64,000 bases of DNA from Nemertoderma westbladi (Eukaryota > Animalia > Xenacoelomorpha): contig JAUCBJ010000315.1 in the NCBI GenBank assembly GCA_032718475.1, positions 26,858-90,857 of the forward strand, read 5' to 3'. This document shows positions 1-12,901 of the stretch, piece by piece; position 1 is the first letter of the stretch, and each line of letters starts with the position of its first letter. Below the pieces are notes generated by a model. The model saw only the letters and a program-made list of their open reading frames with translations. It was not told where the DNA came from and did not search any database. The position numbers were made by a program, and so were the translations under genes.

Positions 1-305
1 CTAATGTGTCTGCGGGGGTTCCGGTCTGCCGCCAAGAGACCGGTACGGGCAGCAGATGTCGCTGACACCTCCATCGTGTTAGCGAACGCCGACACAGAGC
101 CAGGCGCAGGCATGTTTATATAGATTACAGGCTGTTTGGTGGTGGTACAGTTTGCCTGTTTGTTGTTGTTTAAGTTTTTAAATTTCCCGCGTTTCTGTAA
201 TTACTGTTTTTAATTGTTTGTTATAGTGCCTATAATTGTGTTTGTATTTCTGAAGGTTTTTATTACTTTGTGAATAAATGAGGCTTGTAAAGTAAAAAAA
301 AAAAA
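1..305 (+). mobile_element. 3' end of a CRE-clade (RLE) non-LTR retrotransposon with poly(A) tail, inserted in a minisatellite
   Basis: Frame 1 reads LMCLRGFRSAAKRPVRAADVADTSIVLANADTEPGAGMFI* (stop at 121-123). This resembles the C-terminus at 31411-31575 (LLCLRGCRSAKRRPVR) and the CLRG motif ending the 22062-25619 ORF. AATAAA at ~273, poly(A) at 294-305. Confidence 0.8.
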
Positions 306-454
306 CTGTAGTAGTACTGTATAGTACTGTAGTACAGTAGTACTGTAGTAGTACTGTAGTAGTCCTGTAGTACTGTAGTAGTACTGTAGTACTGTAATAG
401 TACTGTAGTAGTACTGTAGTAGTACTGTAGTAGTATTGTACTGTAGTACTGCAG
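306..454. repeat. Minisatellite of mixed CTGTAGTAGTA / CTGTAGTA units
   Basis: Directly visible tandem 11- and 8-bp units; reverse complement of the array at 31214-32100. Confidence 0.95.
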
Positions 455-515
455 TTTTTAAATGTGATGTTTCCTAAACGAAAGAAATATAAAAGAGGAA
501 TTAGCCCAAAAAAAA
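455..515 (+). mobile_element. Short poly(A)-ended insertion in the minisatellite
   Basis: About 60 nt of unique sequence ending in A8 followed by CTGTAG; absent from the paralogous position near 31214. Confidence 0.55.
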
Positions 516-725
516 CTGTAGTGCTACTTGTGATTCGCAGTTTCTGTTACTGGGATAAACTCAGTGTCCAAGGAGGATTGGCAGATCTTAGACAGTTTGT
601 TTAAGAAGTTCCACCTGTATGTTTCCTTTTCTCTACCATTAATTGAACATTTTGTAACCAAAGAGCAGAATGTATTTAGCCAGGAGTATGATATAAAAAG
701 ACTGCATTAATATCATTATCATACA

Positions 726-1112
726 CGAAGTGGGGACTTCGCGCAGCACGAAGTTGGCAGAGCCTTAGCGAATTGACACTGTTAGGGGGTAGGTCAATTT
801 ATGCAAATAGTCACGTTGGCCCTCTAGCGGCAGACTGGAGAACTGCAGATGGATTCGCCTCCTTTGAAAGTCACAGCTAATGGTCTAATACATATCTGCC
901 AAGTTTCAGCTTAAACGGATTAAAAGCAAAGAAATGGGAGGGCATTTAATGTTTAGACATGTGGCCCTCTAGCGGGAGACCATTGCACTGATGGTGTCTG
1001 AAAGTCTCTCAAAAATCTCAACTTTTGCTCATATTGATACCTACAAATTTTCAACTTGGCAGCTTTAAATCCGACAAAGTTATTAGCATGTCAAAATCGT
1101 AACGACGACGAC

Positions 1113-1175
<63 letters not shown>

Positions 1176-1273
1176 AACGACGACGACGACGACGACAACT
1201 ATTTGCATAAATTGACCCACCCCCTAACAGTGTCAATTCGCTAAGGCTCCGCCAACTTCGTGGCTCGCCCCAC
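726..1273 (-). mobile_element. Non-autonomous Helentron-associated (DINE-1/pearl-like) element
   Basis: Subterminal inverted repeats of ~65 bp (747-811 vs 1198-1262), internal (GAC)n, terminal hairpin GAAGT-GGGG-ACTTC. Inserted in an A/T run without a TSD. The paralogous site near 31010 is empty. A second family member lies at 26967-28283. Confidence 0.65.
1102..1198. repeat. (GAC)n microsatellite inside the element
   Basis: About 32 GAC/AAC triplets. Confidence 0.95.
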
Positions 1274-1380
1274 AAACTAAACTAATTTATTTTTATCAAC
1301 TAAACTAACATTATTCACAAGAGATATAAAAAGTTAATAACATTACAATACAAATTATAAATAACTTGGTTAGAACTTTA

Positions 1381-2694
1381 TCAGCAGTTTAAATTATTAT
1401 TGTTTATTGTGAAGTTAGTAAAAGGATAGTTCTCTCTGTGTTTCTTTTTCCCTAAACCAGTTGGGTTTAAAACAATCCCGGAATCCGATGAATAACTCGT
1501 GATGGATCCCGAGTTCTCCGTTACATTGTGTATTAGAGAAGGGATCCAATCCGTTGTAGGGGCGCGTAGGAATATCTTCGATTCCACAAACTCCGCCAGG
1601 GGGGCGAATATGGAAATGAATTACATTGGTTAATAAACTCATGGTTGCCATAGTAATGCGTTGGGCTGTAGATTTTGTTTGGAAGAGTTTTAGATTTGCA
1701 GAAGCGAAGTTCCGGGAAGGTTGTATTGGGATCCAAGGATAGTTGCTTAGCAACAGCATGCATGGTGGGGATACTTAGGTCTGGAAAACGATAAATAATA
1801 ATTATTAACAAACAATAAAATAGCTCCAATTTAAAAATTCCTGTTCATAGAATATATAGAACTTATTGAACTGTGTAGAACTGATGTATGAATGGATGCT
1901 ACTGGCAAAGGTGGCAAAGGCACGATATTCTATCCAAAACATAATGTAAAGTCAATAGAACAGTTTCATTTTTGGGAGTAATCAGGTGTTATTTGCGTCG
2001 CGTTATCAGGTGTTATTTGCACCCCCCCCACCCCCCCCCCCCCCATTTGGAACCTTGGAACGCGAATTACCTTTAGTAAGATTCCTGGCGAATTCATCGA
2101 TTTCCGGCGCTCTTTCTCTCTTCAAAATTTCCGCCAAACTGTTGATATAGTTTTTAGCCAATCGGAGAGTTTCAATCTTTGACAACTTTACATCACCTAC
2201 GGGTGGCATTACGCCACGCAACCCATCCAACGCGCCGTTCAGACTGTGCATCCGGCCTCTTTCTCTCGCGTTCGCTTTCTTTCGTCGAAGTTTCACTTTC
2301 ACTAAACGAAGTTTTGTCAATCGCTTCTTTTTAGGGCCGCGCTTTTTTGGTTTCGTCGCGTCTGCGAAATGAAAATATTTAGAATCGGAAAGTTTAATTT
2401 TATTCGTATACAGTCTCTTACCACTGTTCAATACTGTTATTATCGTCTCCTCTATAAATTCAAAATGGTTTCGCAAACTCTTTACATTGCTAATTTATTG
2501 GAGGTTATCGAGAGCAAAGCAAAAAAAAAGCCACCAGAGTTGAACGTTTTAGAAAGAATATAATTTCAACCACTTAAATTATTACCTGGAATTTCCTCTT
2601 TAAACATGTCATCGTTGCTATCCAGGGCTTTGATTTCTTCTAATTCATCTGCTGATAAGAGACTAAATAAATCCATGCCTTCGTAACTCGACAT
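1381..2694 (-). pseudogene. neuroD: NeuroD-family bHLH gene, copy A; exons 2694-2586, 2361-2071, 1780-1381; frameshifted in exon 3
   Basis: KKRGPKKK basic motif, b[27 protein letters not shown]...[15 protein letters not shown], and a NeuroD-domain-like [21 protein letters not shown] formed across GT-AG introns. Relative to copy B it has C6 instead of C5 at ~1599-1604 (early stop at 1533) and an 8-nt deletion at ~1440. The bHLH itself is intact. Confidence 0.75.
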
Positions 2695-3452
2695 TCTCTC
2701 TTTTTGGTTTTACTTATAATTTAAAATAATGTTGTTTATTTTATTAAAAGTATTTATTTTTTATAACAAGTATCTCTTCAATAAATAATCTTTTTGTTAC
2801 AGTTTATATAAAATTATATTTTTAAAGCCAAAATGAAAGTTTAAAATGTTTTTTAAGTTTTGTTACTTCGGCATTTTTAACCCATTACAAATTGGAGGCA
2901 CATCATTGGTTACATTTCTGTAAGCTTTCACATTGCGAAGCCGCTATTGGATGAATTTGGAAACTATTTATCAAGTAATGTTTAGGAGGGCCGGTAGGCC
3001 TACTTAATCAAACATTATATAGCAAACTAATTGCACAGACCGCTAAATAGCGATGGGATGGATGAGTTGGAATTTGAACCGAAATTTCGCGATAGAGTGA
3101 GAGGTACCGGGTGGGGTGTAAGCCGTTCATTGGCCTTTCCGAAGGAGACGGAGTGAAGTTAAACCAAGGGAGCAGTAATATAGAGAATATGGGTTACTTT
3201 AAATTAAGTTTTTAATAATTATTGTATTTTTTTATTTGTATATATATTTTATTCATTGGAACGCCGGGTGCTATGCTCAGGTATTTTTACAACTAATAAC
3301 TTGTTATGTCATTATATATAGGGGGGGGGGGGGGGGGGGGGTTATAAAGGAATCTACGTACTGTTCTATATTTTTAATTTATTTTAGCCTATAGTTTAGT
3401 TCAAAATGCCCCCTTTTTTAGAAAACGCGGCCACTTTAAGTCTATCCATTAT

Positions 3453-3872
3453 AACGAACCTGCCTGCCTATTAATAGGCCAGGGTAGTTTTTGTCAAGAG
3501 TTGAGCCGTTCAAAAACACGATGAGGTTACCTGGTTATGTGTGTATGTGTGTATAACCATCCAATATCTCAAAAACTCAAGCAGTACGCAAAAATTTTAA
3601 TAACAAACTCGAAGAGCTATTTATCTGGTGGGGTAATACATTATACAAAATAACAGTTGATATTTGATTACTGTCTGGGTTAGAGTGAGATAGTAATAAA
3701 TTTGGCAAGTAATATACTTCTCTGCAGTTTGAGCTATCCATTCAATAAATGGTAGTAGCTTACGAGGCCCTCATGAGTACCAGCAGCTGGTGTTTCTATC
3801 GTTGAATAGATGGCAATTTTCGTGTTTTCATTTTCACTCACTCAGGGTACTGGTTTGAGGGGCAGGTTCGTT
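3453..3872. mobile_element. Small putative MITE
   Basis: 12-bp terminal inverted repeats AACGAACCTGCC / GGCAGGTTCGTT; segment absent from the paralogous NeuroD upstream region near 28795; TSD unclear. Confidence 0.45.
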
Positions 3873-5006
3873 TAAAGCCAGCTTGCTGGCTTTTTAGTAA
3901 GCATCAGGGCATTCGGTTTATATCATGCGTTACCACCATTCAGATAAAATACCTTCACTACTGTTGTACAGGTATACATGTAGTATGGTAGATGCCTATA
4001 TATTCTTCAGCATACAGTGATGACTATCGTATATGTAAGGTGTAACAGTGTGTGACAATGGTTAGTGTAGTGTAGCACAAAGCACAATCAGTGTCTCGGC
4101 CTGTTACACTTCAGTTCATCTGCTATTCAACCATCAATTGAAACCTCTTATAATTTAATTCATTTACTTTGAATTTGCCATCAGGCGAAGTATAATTTAC
4201 ATTTTCTGCAGGTACCATTAACCCTATTAAACCCGGTGGGGGGGTAAATATGACACCCTCCCCCCCCCCCCCCCGTGGTTTTTTTGTTATAACTCTGAAA
4301 CAAACGTACTGTAGTTGGGAATCTGAAATTTTAATACTTTTCCTAAAAATCTATTGCCTTCCTAATAGTGAAAACCGTATTCAAAAATATTGGGAACTTT
4401 TCGAGCTATAGCACCATTTTTTAACCCTACTTTTGGCGCTTTTTTTGAGACGTTTTTTGAAAATTACATTTCATTAAATATGATTTGTAACATCTCTATT
4501 TTTGATTTACACCGGTTTTTTTGGTGTTTACAATTAGATGGAATTCATATAAATTAAATTAGAAATGTAAAACTTGTTTTTTTAGGCGGGTGCCAAATTT
4601 TGGTGCCAGCACCAAATTTTGAAATACTGTATGTCAATTTTGAAAATTAATTGTTTGAATCTGTTTTTTGGGCAATAGGGGTTTTTTGGGGTTCTGATTT
4701 CGATAGAATATATACGTGTAGCACCAGGCGTATCAAACTTGTTTTTTTCGGTGCTGTGTACAAAATTTGGTGCCAGCACGAAATTTTGAAAATCTATTCA
4801 AAACTTCAATTGCTTGTGACAACTTATTTCCCGCGTTTTAGAGGTTTATGGCGGTTCTAAATTCAATGTAATAAATAATTATCTTACTAGACTTCTCATA
4901 CTTGTATTTTTCGGATGTGGGTGCAAATTTTTGTGCTAGCACCAAATTTTGAAAACCATCAAATACATCAAGAGATTGTGTCACCTTGTTTCTGTGTGTG
5001 TTATAC

Positions 5007-5184
5007 ACACATGGCAGCCCATGACATTCTTGAGACGCATCTTAAAGGCAACTGGCCTTGAAGATGCGGATGATCTAGCAAATATATCATGGGTGATAGG
5101 GAGTTGTGGCGGCGCAATTTTGTCGACAAGCCGGCACAGCAATCTCAATAATGCAGCTGCAATTCAGCATGCCGATCCTAGTAG
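5007..5184 (+). mobile_element. 5'-truncated RTE-clade LINE 3' end
   Basis: Matches 26655-26827 (QPMTFLRRILK..GLEDADDLAN); TAG tail; TATAC duplication at the flanks. Confidence 0.8.
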
Positions 5185-5562
5185 TATACGGGTTTGTGAG
5201 GGTTCTGAATTCAATGGAATAAGTAAAAATTACATACGAGTTATCTAACTTGTATTTTTCGTCGGTGGGTGAAAATTGCTGTTCCAGCACCAAATTTTTT
5301 AAAATAAGCAAATTGATCAGTAGATAGTATCATCTTGTTTCTTGCCTTATACGGGTTTATGAGGGTCCTGAATCCGATGGAATCAAGAAAAACAGCACTA
5401 GACATCTCAAACTTGTACTTTTTGATGATGGGTACGAAATTTGGCAATATTGCATCGAAAATTGCGTGTAGCAATAAACTGGCAAATTTGAAATGTATTT
5501 CATTAGAATCAGCGCCCCAGAAAACCTAGAAATGTAAATTTATAGCATCGTATAAGTTAATT

Positions 5563-8476
5563 GTTAGCAAAGTTTTCAATCCTGAAGCCAACAATAGGTC
5601 AGATCATGTGCCAGTTGGTTCAATATTCAATGTACACTTGGCACAACAAGATGTGGAGCATAGCAATACAGATAGAAATTGGGCAATGTTCAGGAAGCCC
5701 ACATTCATATTTGTGAAGGATTCCCTAGGAGAATTATAGAATTATCGGGATGAAATCCGGGAAAGTGTAATAATTCATGGAAAACAGACCCATCTTCAGA
5801 CTGTGGACAGTGTGGGCATTGAATCGAGTGCTAAATTCATTGTGACAACGCTATATCAGGCAGCAAGAAACAATATTCCGCATGTATACCAAAGGCGACA
5901 CAAAGGAATGAACAATCAATTTACAAGAAAAACACAATGTCAGCAAACGTCGGACAGAGAGAAAATGACATTGGTAAACCCTGTGCAGGATAAGGATGGG
6001 AGGAATGTTTAAGTAAGTGTGGAAGCACGGAGCGGATGTGACCCAATTACAAAGTTACAGAATAGGAGGGCCAAAAATCAAGCTGAGAACCAAGCATACT
6101 GGCAACATGTGAGGGACCTCGCAAAGAACTGCCGAACTAACAGGACAAAGTTCTGGCGCACCTTAACCCTATTAAACCCGGGGGGGGGGGTCAATATGAC
6201 CCCCCCCCGTGGTTTTTTTATTATAATTCTGAAACAAACGCAGTTGGGAATCGGAAATTTTATGACTTTTCCTAAAAATCTATTGTCTTCCTAGTAGTGA
6301 AAACTGTTTTCAAAAATATTGAGTAGTTTTCGAGTTATAGCACCATTTTTTAACCCTACTTTTGGCACTTTTTTTGAGACGTTTTTTGAAAATTACATTT
6401 CATTAAATATTAATTGTAACATCTCTATTTTTGATTTACACCGGTTTTTTGGTGTTAGTAATTGGATGGAATTCATGTAAATTGATTTAGAAATTTCAAA
6501 CTTGTTTTTTTCGGCGGGTGCCAAATTTTGGTACCAGCACCAAATTTTGAAATATGTCAATTTTGTAAATTGATTGTTTGAAACTTGTTTTTACGCAATT
6601 GGGGTTTTTTGGGGTTCTGGTTTCGATGAAATATATACGAGTTGCACCAAGCGTATCAAACTTGTATTTTTCGGTGCTGTGTGCAAATTTTGGTGCTAGC
6701 ACGAAATTTTGAAAATCCATTCAATAGATAAAATTGTTTGTGACAATTTATTTCTTGCATTTTAGAGGTTTATGGCTGTTCTGAATTCAATGGAATATAT
6801 AATTATCGAACTAGACATCTCAACCTTGTATTTTTTGGAAGTGGGTGCAAAATGTGGTGCTAGCACCAAATTTTGAAAACCATCAAATATATCAATTGAT
6901 TGTGTCATCTTGTTTCTTGCGTTATACGGGTTTGTTAGGGTTTTGAATTCAATGGAAGCAGTAAAAATTTCATAAGAGTTTTCAAACTTGTATTTTTCGC
7001 CGGTGGGTGACAATTGTTGTGCCAGCACCAAATTTTGGAAAATGAGTAAATTGATCAGTAGATAGTATCATCTTGTTTCTTGCGTTATACGGGTTTATGA
7101 GGGCCCTGAATCCGATGGAATCAATAAAAACAGCACTGGACATCGCAAACTTGTACTTTTTGGTGATGGGTACGAAATTTTGGTGCTAGCACCAAAATTT
7201 GCCAAATTACGCCGAAAAATACAAGTAGCAATGATCTGCATATTTGAAATGTATTCCATTAGAATCAGCGCCCTAGAAAACCTGAAAATGTAAATTTATA
7301 GCATCGTATAAGTGAATTAAAAATTTTGTGTTCTAACTGAAAAGTGCTAGTTACTTGTTTTTTTCATTTTTTCCTACGCATAGATGACTAAACAGCCATT
7401 TATGGTAATCATATCATTTTTAAATATTTTCCAATGTATTTCGCGCCCCTGAAAACCTGTATTGAAAAACAATTAGCAGAAAAAAGTAACTTTCAAATTT
7501 TGTGAAAATTGTGCCCTACTTGTAATTTTGGTGCTGCAATATTACCACCCCAGTAAATTTTTTCGAAATTTTTTTTTTTCGGTCGGATCCAGACTAGTGA
7601 TACATACGTACACACAAAAAAATCAGACGTTTTCGTTAATATTTGTAGATTTTAGAGGGAAGTGTCAATATGACCCCCCCCCCCCCCCCCCCGGTATTTG
7701 TACAGCATTTTATAGCCCGGTACTAATAGGGTTAAAGGGAGAAAATACGGTTGAAATGACAGATGTACATAAAGACCAACTTTTCATGGATTATAAAGAA
7801 AGGTTTAGAGTTCTGACAGATAAGACCAACTGGGAGCCCAGAAATAGACACCGCTTATCTGAGCCCATGACGGAGGCAGCAAATGTATCAGCAGCAATTC
7901 GATCCTTAAATTTAGGAAAATCATCAGATTATCATGCGCTGAAGGCGGAACACCTCCTCCATGGTCAGTATGATGAATTACATGGATTCTTAACAGACAT
8001 GTACAACAACATAATGACTATTAGTTTCTTCCCACAGTACCTATGTACAAGCCTTCTATTACCCTTGCTGAAAAGTGAAGATCGTGATATACACAAGACG
8101 AGTAGCTATCGCGTCGCTATGGAGTATTAATCGACCATGCGTTCTAATTAGTCCTAATAAGTAATAATTCTTATTAATTAACGCAATACTTAAGTGCAGA
8201 GTTGGTATTAAGATAAGGTGTTATATTAGGTATTATACGTACATATTGTTTAATGTGTCTCCCTATGATTTTAGTGCAACTGCACTACACTACATATATC
8301 TACTTAACGCAAGGCTTAATTAGTACCGGTATATATTTTTATTGTGCAATATTGTATTGTGTTTCCAGTTGATTTTAGTGCAAATGCGAATTATATTATT
8401 TTAACTTGTGAATTTTTATTATTATAGCCACCGGAGCGTAAGCCTGATGATAAAATGAATGATGAAATGAAATGAA
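5563..8476 (+). mobile_element. Degenerate, internally deleted L2/CR1-group LINE
   Basis: KFWRTL|KGENT...AAIRSLNLGKSSD..LKAEHL...LLPLLK...SSYR resembles the region just upstream of an APE-type LINE RT core. It is split by the inner piggyBac copy and has a (TGAAA)n-like tail at ~8455-8476. Boundaries are approximate. Confidence 0.6.
6167..7731. mobile_element. Non-autonomous piggyBac-like element (uninterrupted inner copy, 1565 bp)
   Basis: TTAA TSDs at 6163-6166 and 7732-7735; CCCTATTA...TAATAGGG termini; collinear with the outer copy; internal subrepeats. Confidence 0.9.
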
Positions 8477-10877
8477 AATTAATTAAAAATTTGTGTTCAA
8501 AGCGAAAAGTGCTGGTTACTTGTTTTTTTTCATTTTTTGCCTACGTAGAGGACTAAAACAGCTACATATAGTTAGTAGATCAATTTTAAATATTTTCAAT
8601 GGATTTTGCGCTCCAGAAAACCTGTATTGAAAAACAATTTGCCGAAAATTGTAACTTTCAAAATTTATGAAAATTGTTAGCTACTTGTAATTTTGGTGCT
8701 GCCAAATAGCCACCTCGGTACATTTTTTCGAAATTTTTTTTTCGGTCGGATTCGGACTAGTGAAATCTACGTACCAACAAAAATCAGACGTTTTCTTTAA
8801 TATTTGTAGATTTTAAAGAGGGGGGGGGGGGGGCAATATGACCCCCCTCCGGTATTTGTACAAAATTTTATAGCCCGGTACTAATAGGTTTAAGAAAGAA
8901 AAAGGGCCCGCCTTTGTTGAAATTCAAGCAAGGACTACTACAGTATTATTTTTAACAACTGTTTTCATATTTTTTTGTTTGGAATTTAAACCAAATACAC
9001 GTTGGTTAAATCTTTACAATTTATATTCAGTCTCTAACGCGTAAACCATATTATAATTAAGCAATCACCTCATTAAATACCTCCATACAGGCCTCACACA
9101 GTGTCCACAACAACTTCACACGATACTGAAAGTAAATATGTAAATGAATTTACATACTAGAATTAGCAGGAGTAGCTAACTTTGGAATTAACTTAGTCTG
9201 ATTGTGCCGACGGTCTGCCTACCCTCAGGATGTTGTTATAACTGACAGTAATGTAATCAAAGAACTCCACCACCACTAAATAGCTTCGGTTGCTAAACTA
9301 ATTTACTACAAGGCGTAGCTTCTGTAAGATGCTTTGCTACCGGTTGGGCATGTATTTTTACTGATTTTTGAATTTTGCATATTTGTAACTCTCTAACTCG
9401 GCTTATAATGAAGCCTCATGATCTGCCTGTATTATAATAATTCATCAATATTTCCTAATAATAACACAGGTAGTGGATTATCTGCCAAAGTAATCTTGAT
9501 AACATTGCAATGGTTTATGATAGAAAAATTGGCTTATATATTTGGGGGGGATTTACATATCATTATTATCGGTATTTTTGGTGAATAAGTGGTTTCACAT
9601 TACTCTAACATTTATTACAAGGTATATTTATTTATTTTTTATAACTGCAACACGACAATTTTATGGTCAGCCACGTAAATCCACTTCCTCTCATTCCTCA
9701 ACACAGAGCTGTGGATTTTAACAAAATGTTTGCGGAATGCCAATTTCAGACCATCATGTTTCCTCTCAACAGCGATTATAGCTAGATCATGAAGGTTAAT
9801 CTTATTTCTAATCTTTAATCCGCAAACTTCTTATTGGTCCAATCAAGCGAATTTATGAATTTATTGCCCTATCGCTGGTAAGACGTGACTGCAGGCAGGG
9901 TAACGCTGTTCCAATATTATCAATACAATTCGGAATCATTTTTATGTTCCGGAACCTAACTCTCTACCATTCATTAAAAGTCGCATCCACGCCATCCATT
10001 TTTATCTTGATAACGATAGCTAACATCCATCGGATAATACTAGCGCTGTATTTGGCTACCATACGTCAGATGAGGCCACCAGTCCCTCCTCTTCATAATT
10101 GGTAAGACCCATCTGTTATTACTAAGGCCCTTCTTGTTGTAGCTAAGAGTGAGCCTACAATGATATGGAGTTATGTCGCTAAACTTAGGCCTAATGTTAC
10201 GGTATTCTGTTGTCGGTACATTAGCGAGGTTTACGCTTCAATTGCTCTCTTATCTTCGGATTACCAATGTTTCTATTTGGGGATTCTCTCATTACTGTCT
10301 CTCTCAAAAATGAGCAAAAATGTCGTGCCACCACCATACAATCTACAATTGAGCGGACGGGCAATGCAGCGGGCATTAAGAATGCTATGCCGACTTGTCG
10401 GCAAAATTGCACCTCCACAACTCCCTATCTTAAATTTTCGATCACCAAAAACCAAAACTAAACGACATATCGCCGACAAACGATATAAAACATTTTCTAT
10501 TTGAGCAATCTACTAAAGATTAAAGTTATAAAGTGATGTCGCCATAATTTGTAGTAATGTAATAATGTAGTCACACAAAAGAAAGAAGGACGACAGAAAA
10601 TAGGCCAACCCCTTTCGGAGTGAATGTTGAATCGAACAAAGGTTTACATAAAGGTGGCATTGGGCCAAATCATAATTGTTCGTTGGAGCAAAATTAATTG
10701 TTAGTCGAATTAATATCTGGGGCCGTTTAAACAGCAGTATAGAGAGAGGAAAATTCAAACTATTCAAACCAATTCAAACACTAAAGAAACATTTATTATC
10801 ATTAAAGTTATCTTGAAATTAATATGTGTCACACGGGAGAAGTAATTTAATATATAAATTAATATACAAAAATATAC

Positions 10878-11100
10878 GTCTAGTGGTAAAATTCCTGGTG
10901 TTCCAGTCATGAGGTCCTGGTTCGATCCCTAGATGGGGCAACACTACGTGGGAACAGGGATTCAATTGCTGTAGCCCAACATAGACCTTCATCCATTACT
11001 GGAGTAGATAAATGGGAACCACATCAACTTGGGAAACAGTGTGGAACGGATTCCTGTGGACCACGCGGTTGTGAAAAGACATTACTTGGCTTAATTAACC
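10878..11100 (+). mobile_element. tRNA-derived SINE
   Basis: A-box-like TCTAGTGG and B-box GGTTCGATCC followed by a non-tRNA body; related copies at 48505-48690 and 53965-54160. Confidence 0.7.
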
Positions 11101-11789
11101 AGAAAGATTCTCCTCCTATTCAATATTCAAAAATATATTTATTATATTTAGCAAGAAATATATATATAGTTGGTTTATAAAAACTTGGTTTACCAAGTTT
11201 ATTAAATACATTGAAACTAAATTACATTTTTATTCATCTTGATGGACACTAAGGAATTGTGACATTTTAAATCCTTCTTCATTATTGGTGCGGATTAAAC
11301 GTTATTGGATCCCAAATAAAATTAAATAATTTAATATAATTCCGTAGATCGTTGTACGAAAAGGTCCTACTGTATTAAACGTTAAAGAACCGATTATTTA
11401 AGCAAACCTCATTCTTTGCGCTCGCTTTGTAAGAACAAATCACAACTCGGTGAATTAATTTATTCTCTCAATGTAAAAATATTAATTAAGGGAAATGAGC
11501 AGGTTTCAGTCGCACGTAATTCTAACCAAAACAATAAACGAAAGCAATAGAACAACTTACAGTTTCATTTTTGGGAGAAATCAGCTGTTATATGTTAGTA
11601 ATGAAGCAGGTTACAGAGGCGTGTTGTGGGAACCAAAACAATACACGAAAGTTAAAACATGTGTTTAGTATAGGTCTTTATTATTTGAGTCATGGGTCTT
11701 TGGTCTTTGTTTTGTAGTCACCCAATAATTAATTAGTTTTTAATTCAGTAGCATTTTCAGAGGAGGAAATGATTTATCTTTGAAAATTC

Positions 11790-12250
11790 TAATTGCGGAG
11801 CAGTTATATTATAATTATCTACCACTAATATCCGAGAATATTTAGAGCCATTATTTACACCCAATTAACTCGGACCCCAACAGACAGACAGACACCAACG
11901 TTCTACCTGAACCTACAGATTAACCGAGGTTTAAACAGTCCCCTGTTGCGACACACTTCTCCAGATAATTACTCCCCACAGAGCACAGAGAGTTAAGGAG
12001 CCACACGCCTCCCTCCCTAAACCCTAACTAACAGACAATGTCCTCTTGAAGAAGTTCACACATTATAAGTGGGATGAGGTCCATCCAGTTTGTGGGTTTG
12101 GGCCGAGCCAGTTAGCGGTTTGCGATGGACCCATAGAATCTATTGAGTTTGCAAACAATTAACCCGTATTTGTAACTGTGCCCGGGTCGCATGTCCCTTA
12201 TCAGTGAGGGGTATTAGAGTGTTAGAACGGGATGCGGAACCCAAGAGCTG
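11790..12250. repeat. Unclassified repeat, possibly a degenerate LINE 3' end; duplicated at ~49955-50408
   Basis: Near-identical direct copy in the third segment; no intact ORF. Confidence 0.5.
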
Positions 12251-12610
12251 TACTTGTTTAAAAATAGCCAGATAAAAAAGGAATTGAGTGAATTTTGTGA
12301 GCTTTCTAAGCATTTATTTATAACAATGAAGTTAAATACTGATTACAAGTAATCTTCCACCACATTGGTAATGTATAATATACTCTATTTAATAGACCTA
12401 CACTATATCTATAAATACAATACATTATGAATATATTTGATTAAATTCAATCATTGGTGCTGAATAATACTGTAATACGGTGCAGAATACAGTACAGAAT
12501 ACTGTAATTTAACAAAAAAATATTTTAATATCTATAATCACAATTTAAATATTTAAGCCAGCCTTTTAAATAAAATACTACGGAGCCCTTATGGGTCATT
12601 TATTCATAAC

Positions 12611-12901
12611 TACTAGGCCTACTACTACTACTAGGATCGGCATGCTGCATTACAGCTGCATTTTAAGAATGCTGTGCCGGCTTGTCAACAAAATTGCACC
12701 GCCACAACTCCCTATCACCCATGACATTTGCTAGATCATCCGCATCTTCAAGGCCAGTGTCCTTTAAGATGCGGATAATCTAGCAAATGTCATGGGTGAT
12801 AGGGAGTTGTGGCGGTGCAATTTTGTTGACAAGCCGGCACAGCATTCTTAAAAATGCAGCTGCAATGCAGCATGCCGATCCTAGTAGTAGTAGTCCTAGT
12901 A
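12611..12901. repeat. Fold-back palindrome made of two RTE LINE 3' ends
   Basis: (CTA)n plus an antisense RTE end joined at AAGATGCG to a sense RTE end plus (TAG)n; arms ~135 bp. Confidence 0.85.

Larger units (their letters stand above)
4222..8889. mobile_element. Non-autonomous piggyBac-like element (outer copy) carrying nested insertions
   Basis: TTAA at 4218-4221 and 8890-8893; termini CCCTATTAAACCCGG ... CCGGTACTAATAGG(T). An empty site (GGTACCA-TTAA-GAAAGAAAAAGG, reverse strand) is at ~55051-55075. Confidence 0.85.

Noticed and set aside
1051-1275. Poly-Arg and poly-Asp ORFs
   Set aside because: They are translations of the (GAC)n microsatellite inside a non-coding element.
2423-2452. 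Possible 30-nt NeuroD micro-exon
   Set aside because: It is in frame only in copy A; direct exon 1 to exon 2 splicing works in both copies.
2006-2476. Single-exon NeuroD as given by the ORF track (also 29591-30019)
   Set aside because: The ORF ends run into introns (poly-G); the spliced model restores the NeuroD-domain-like segment.
10878-10945. tRNA gene
   Set aside because: A and B boxes are present but there is no intact cloverleaf; it continues into a shared SINE body found three times.
12170-12215. Hammerhead ribozyme (CTGATAAG on the minus strand)
   Set aside because: No GAAA core after the putative stem II, and the motif is not conserved in the paralog at ~50360.
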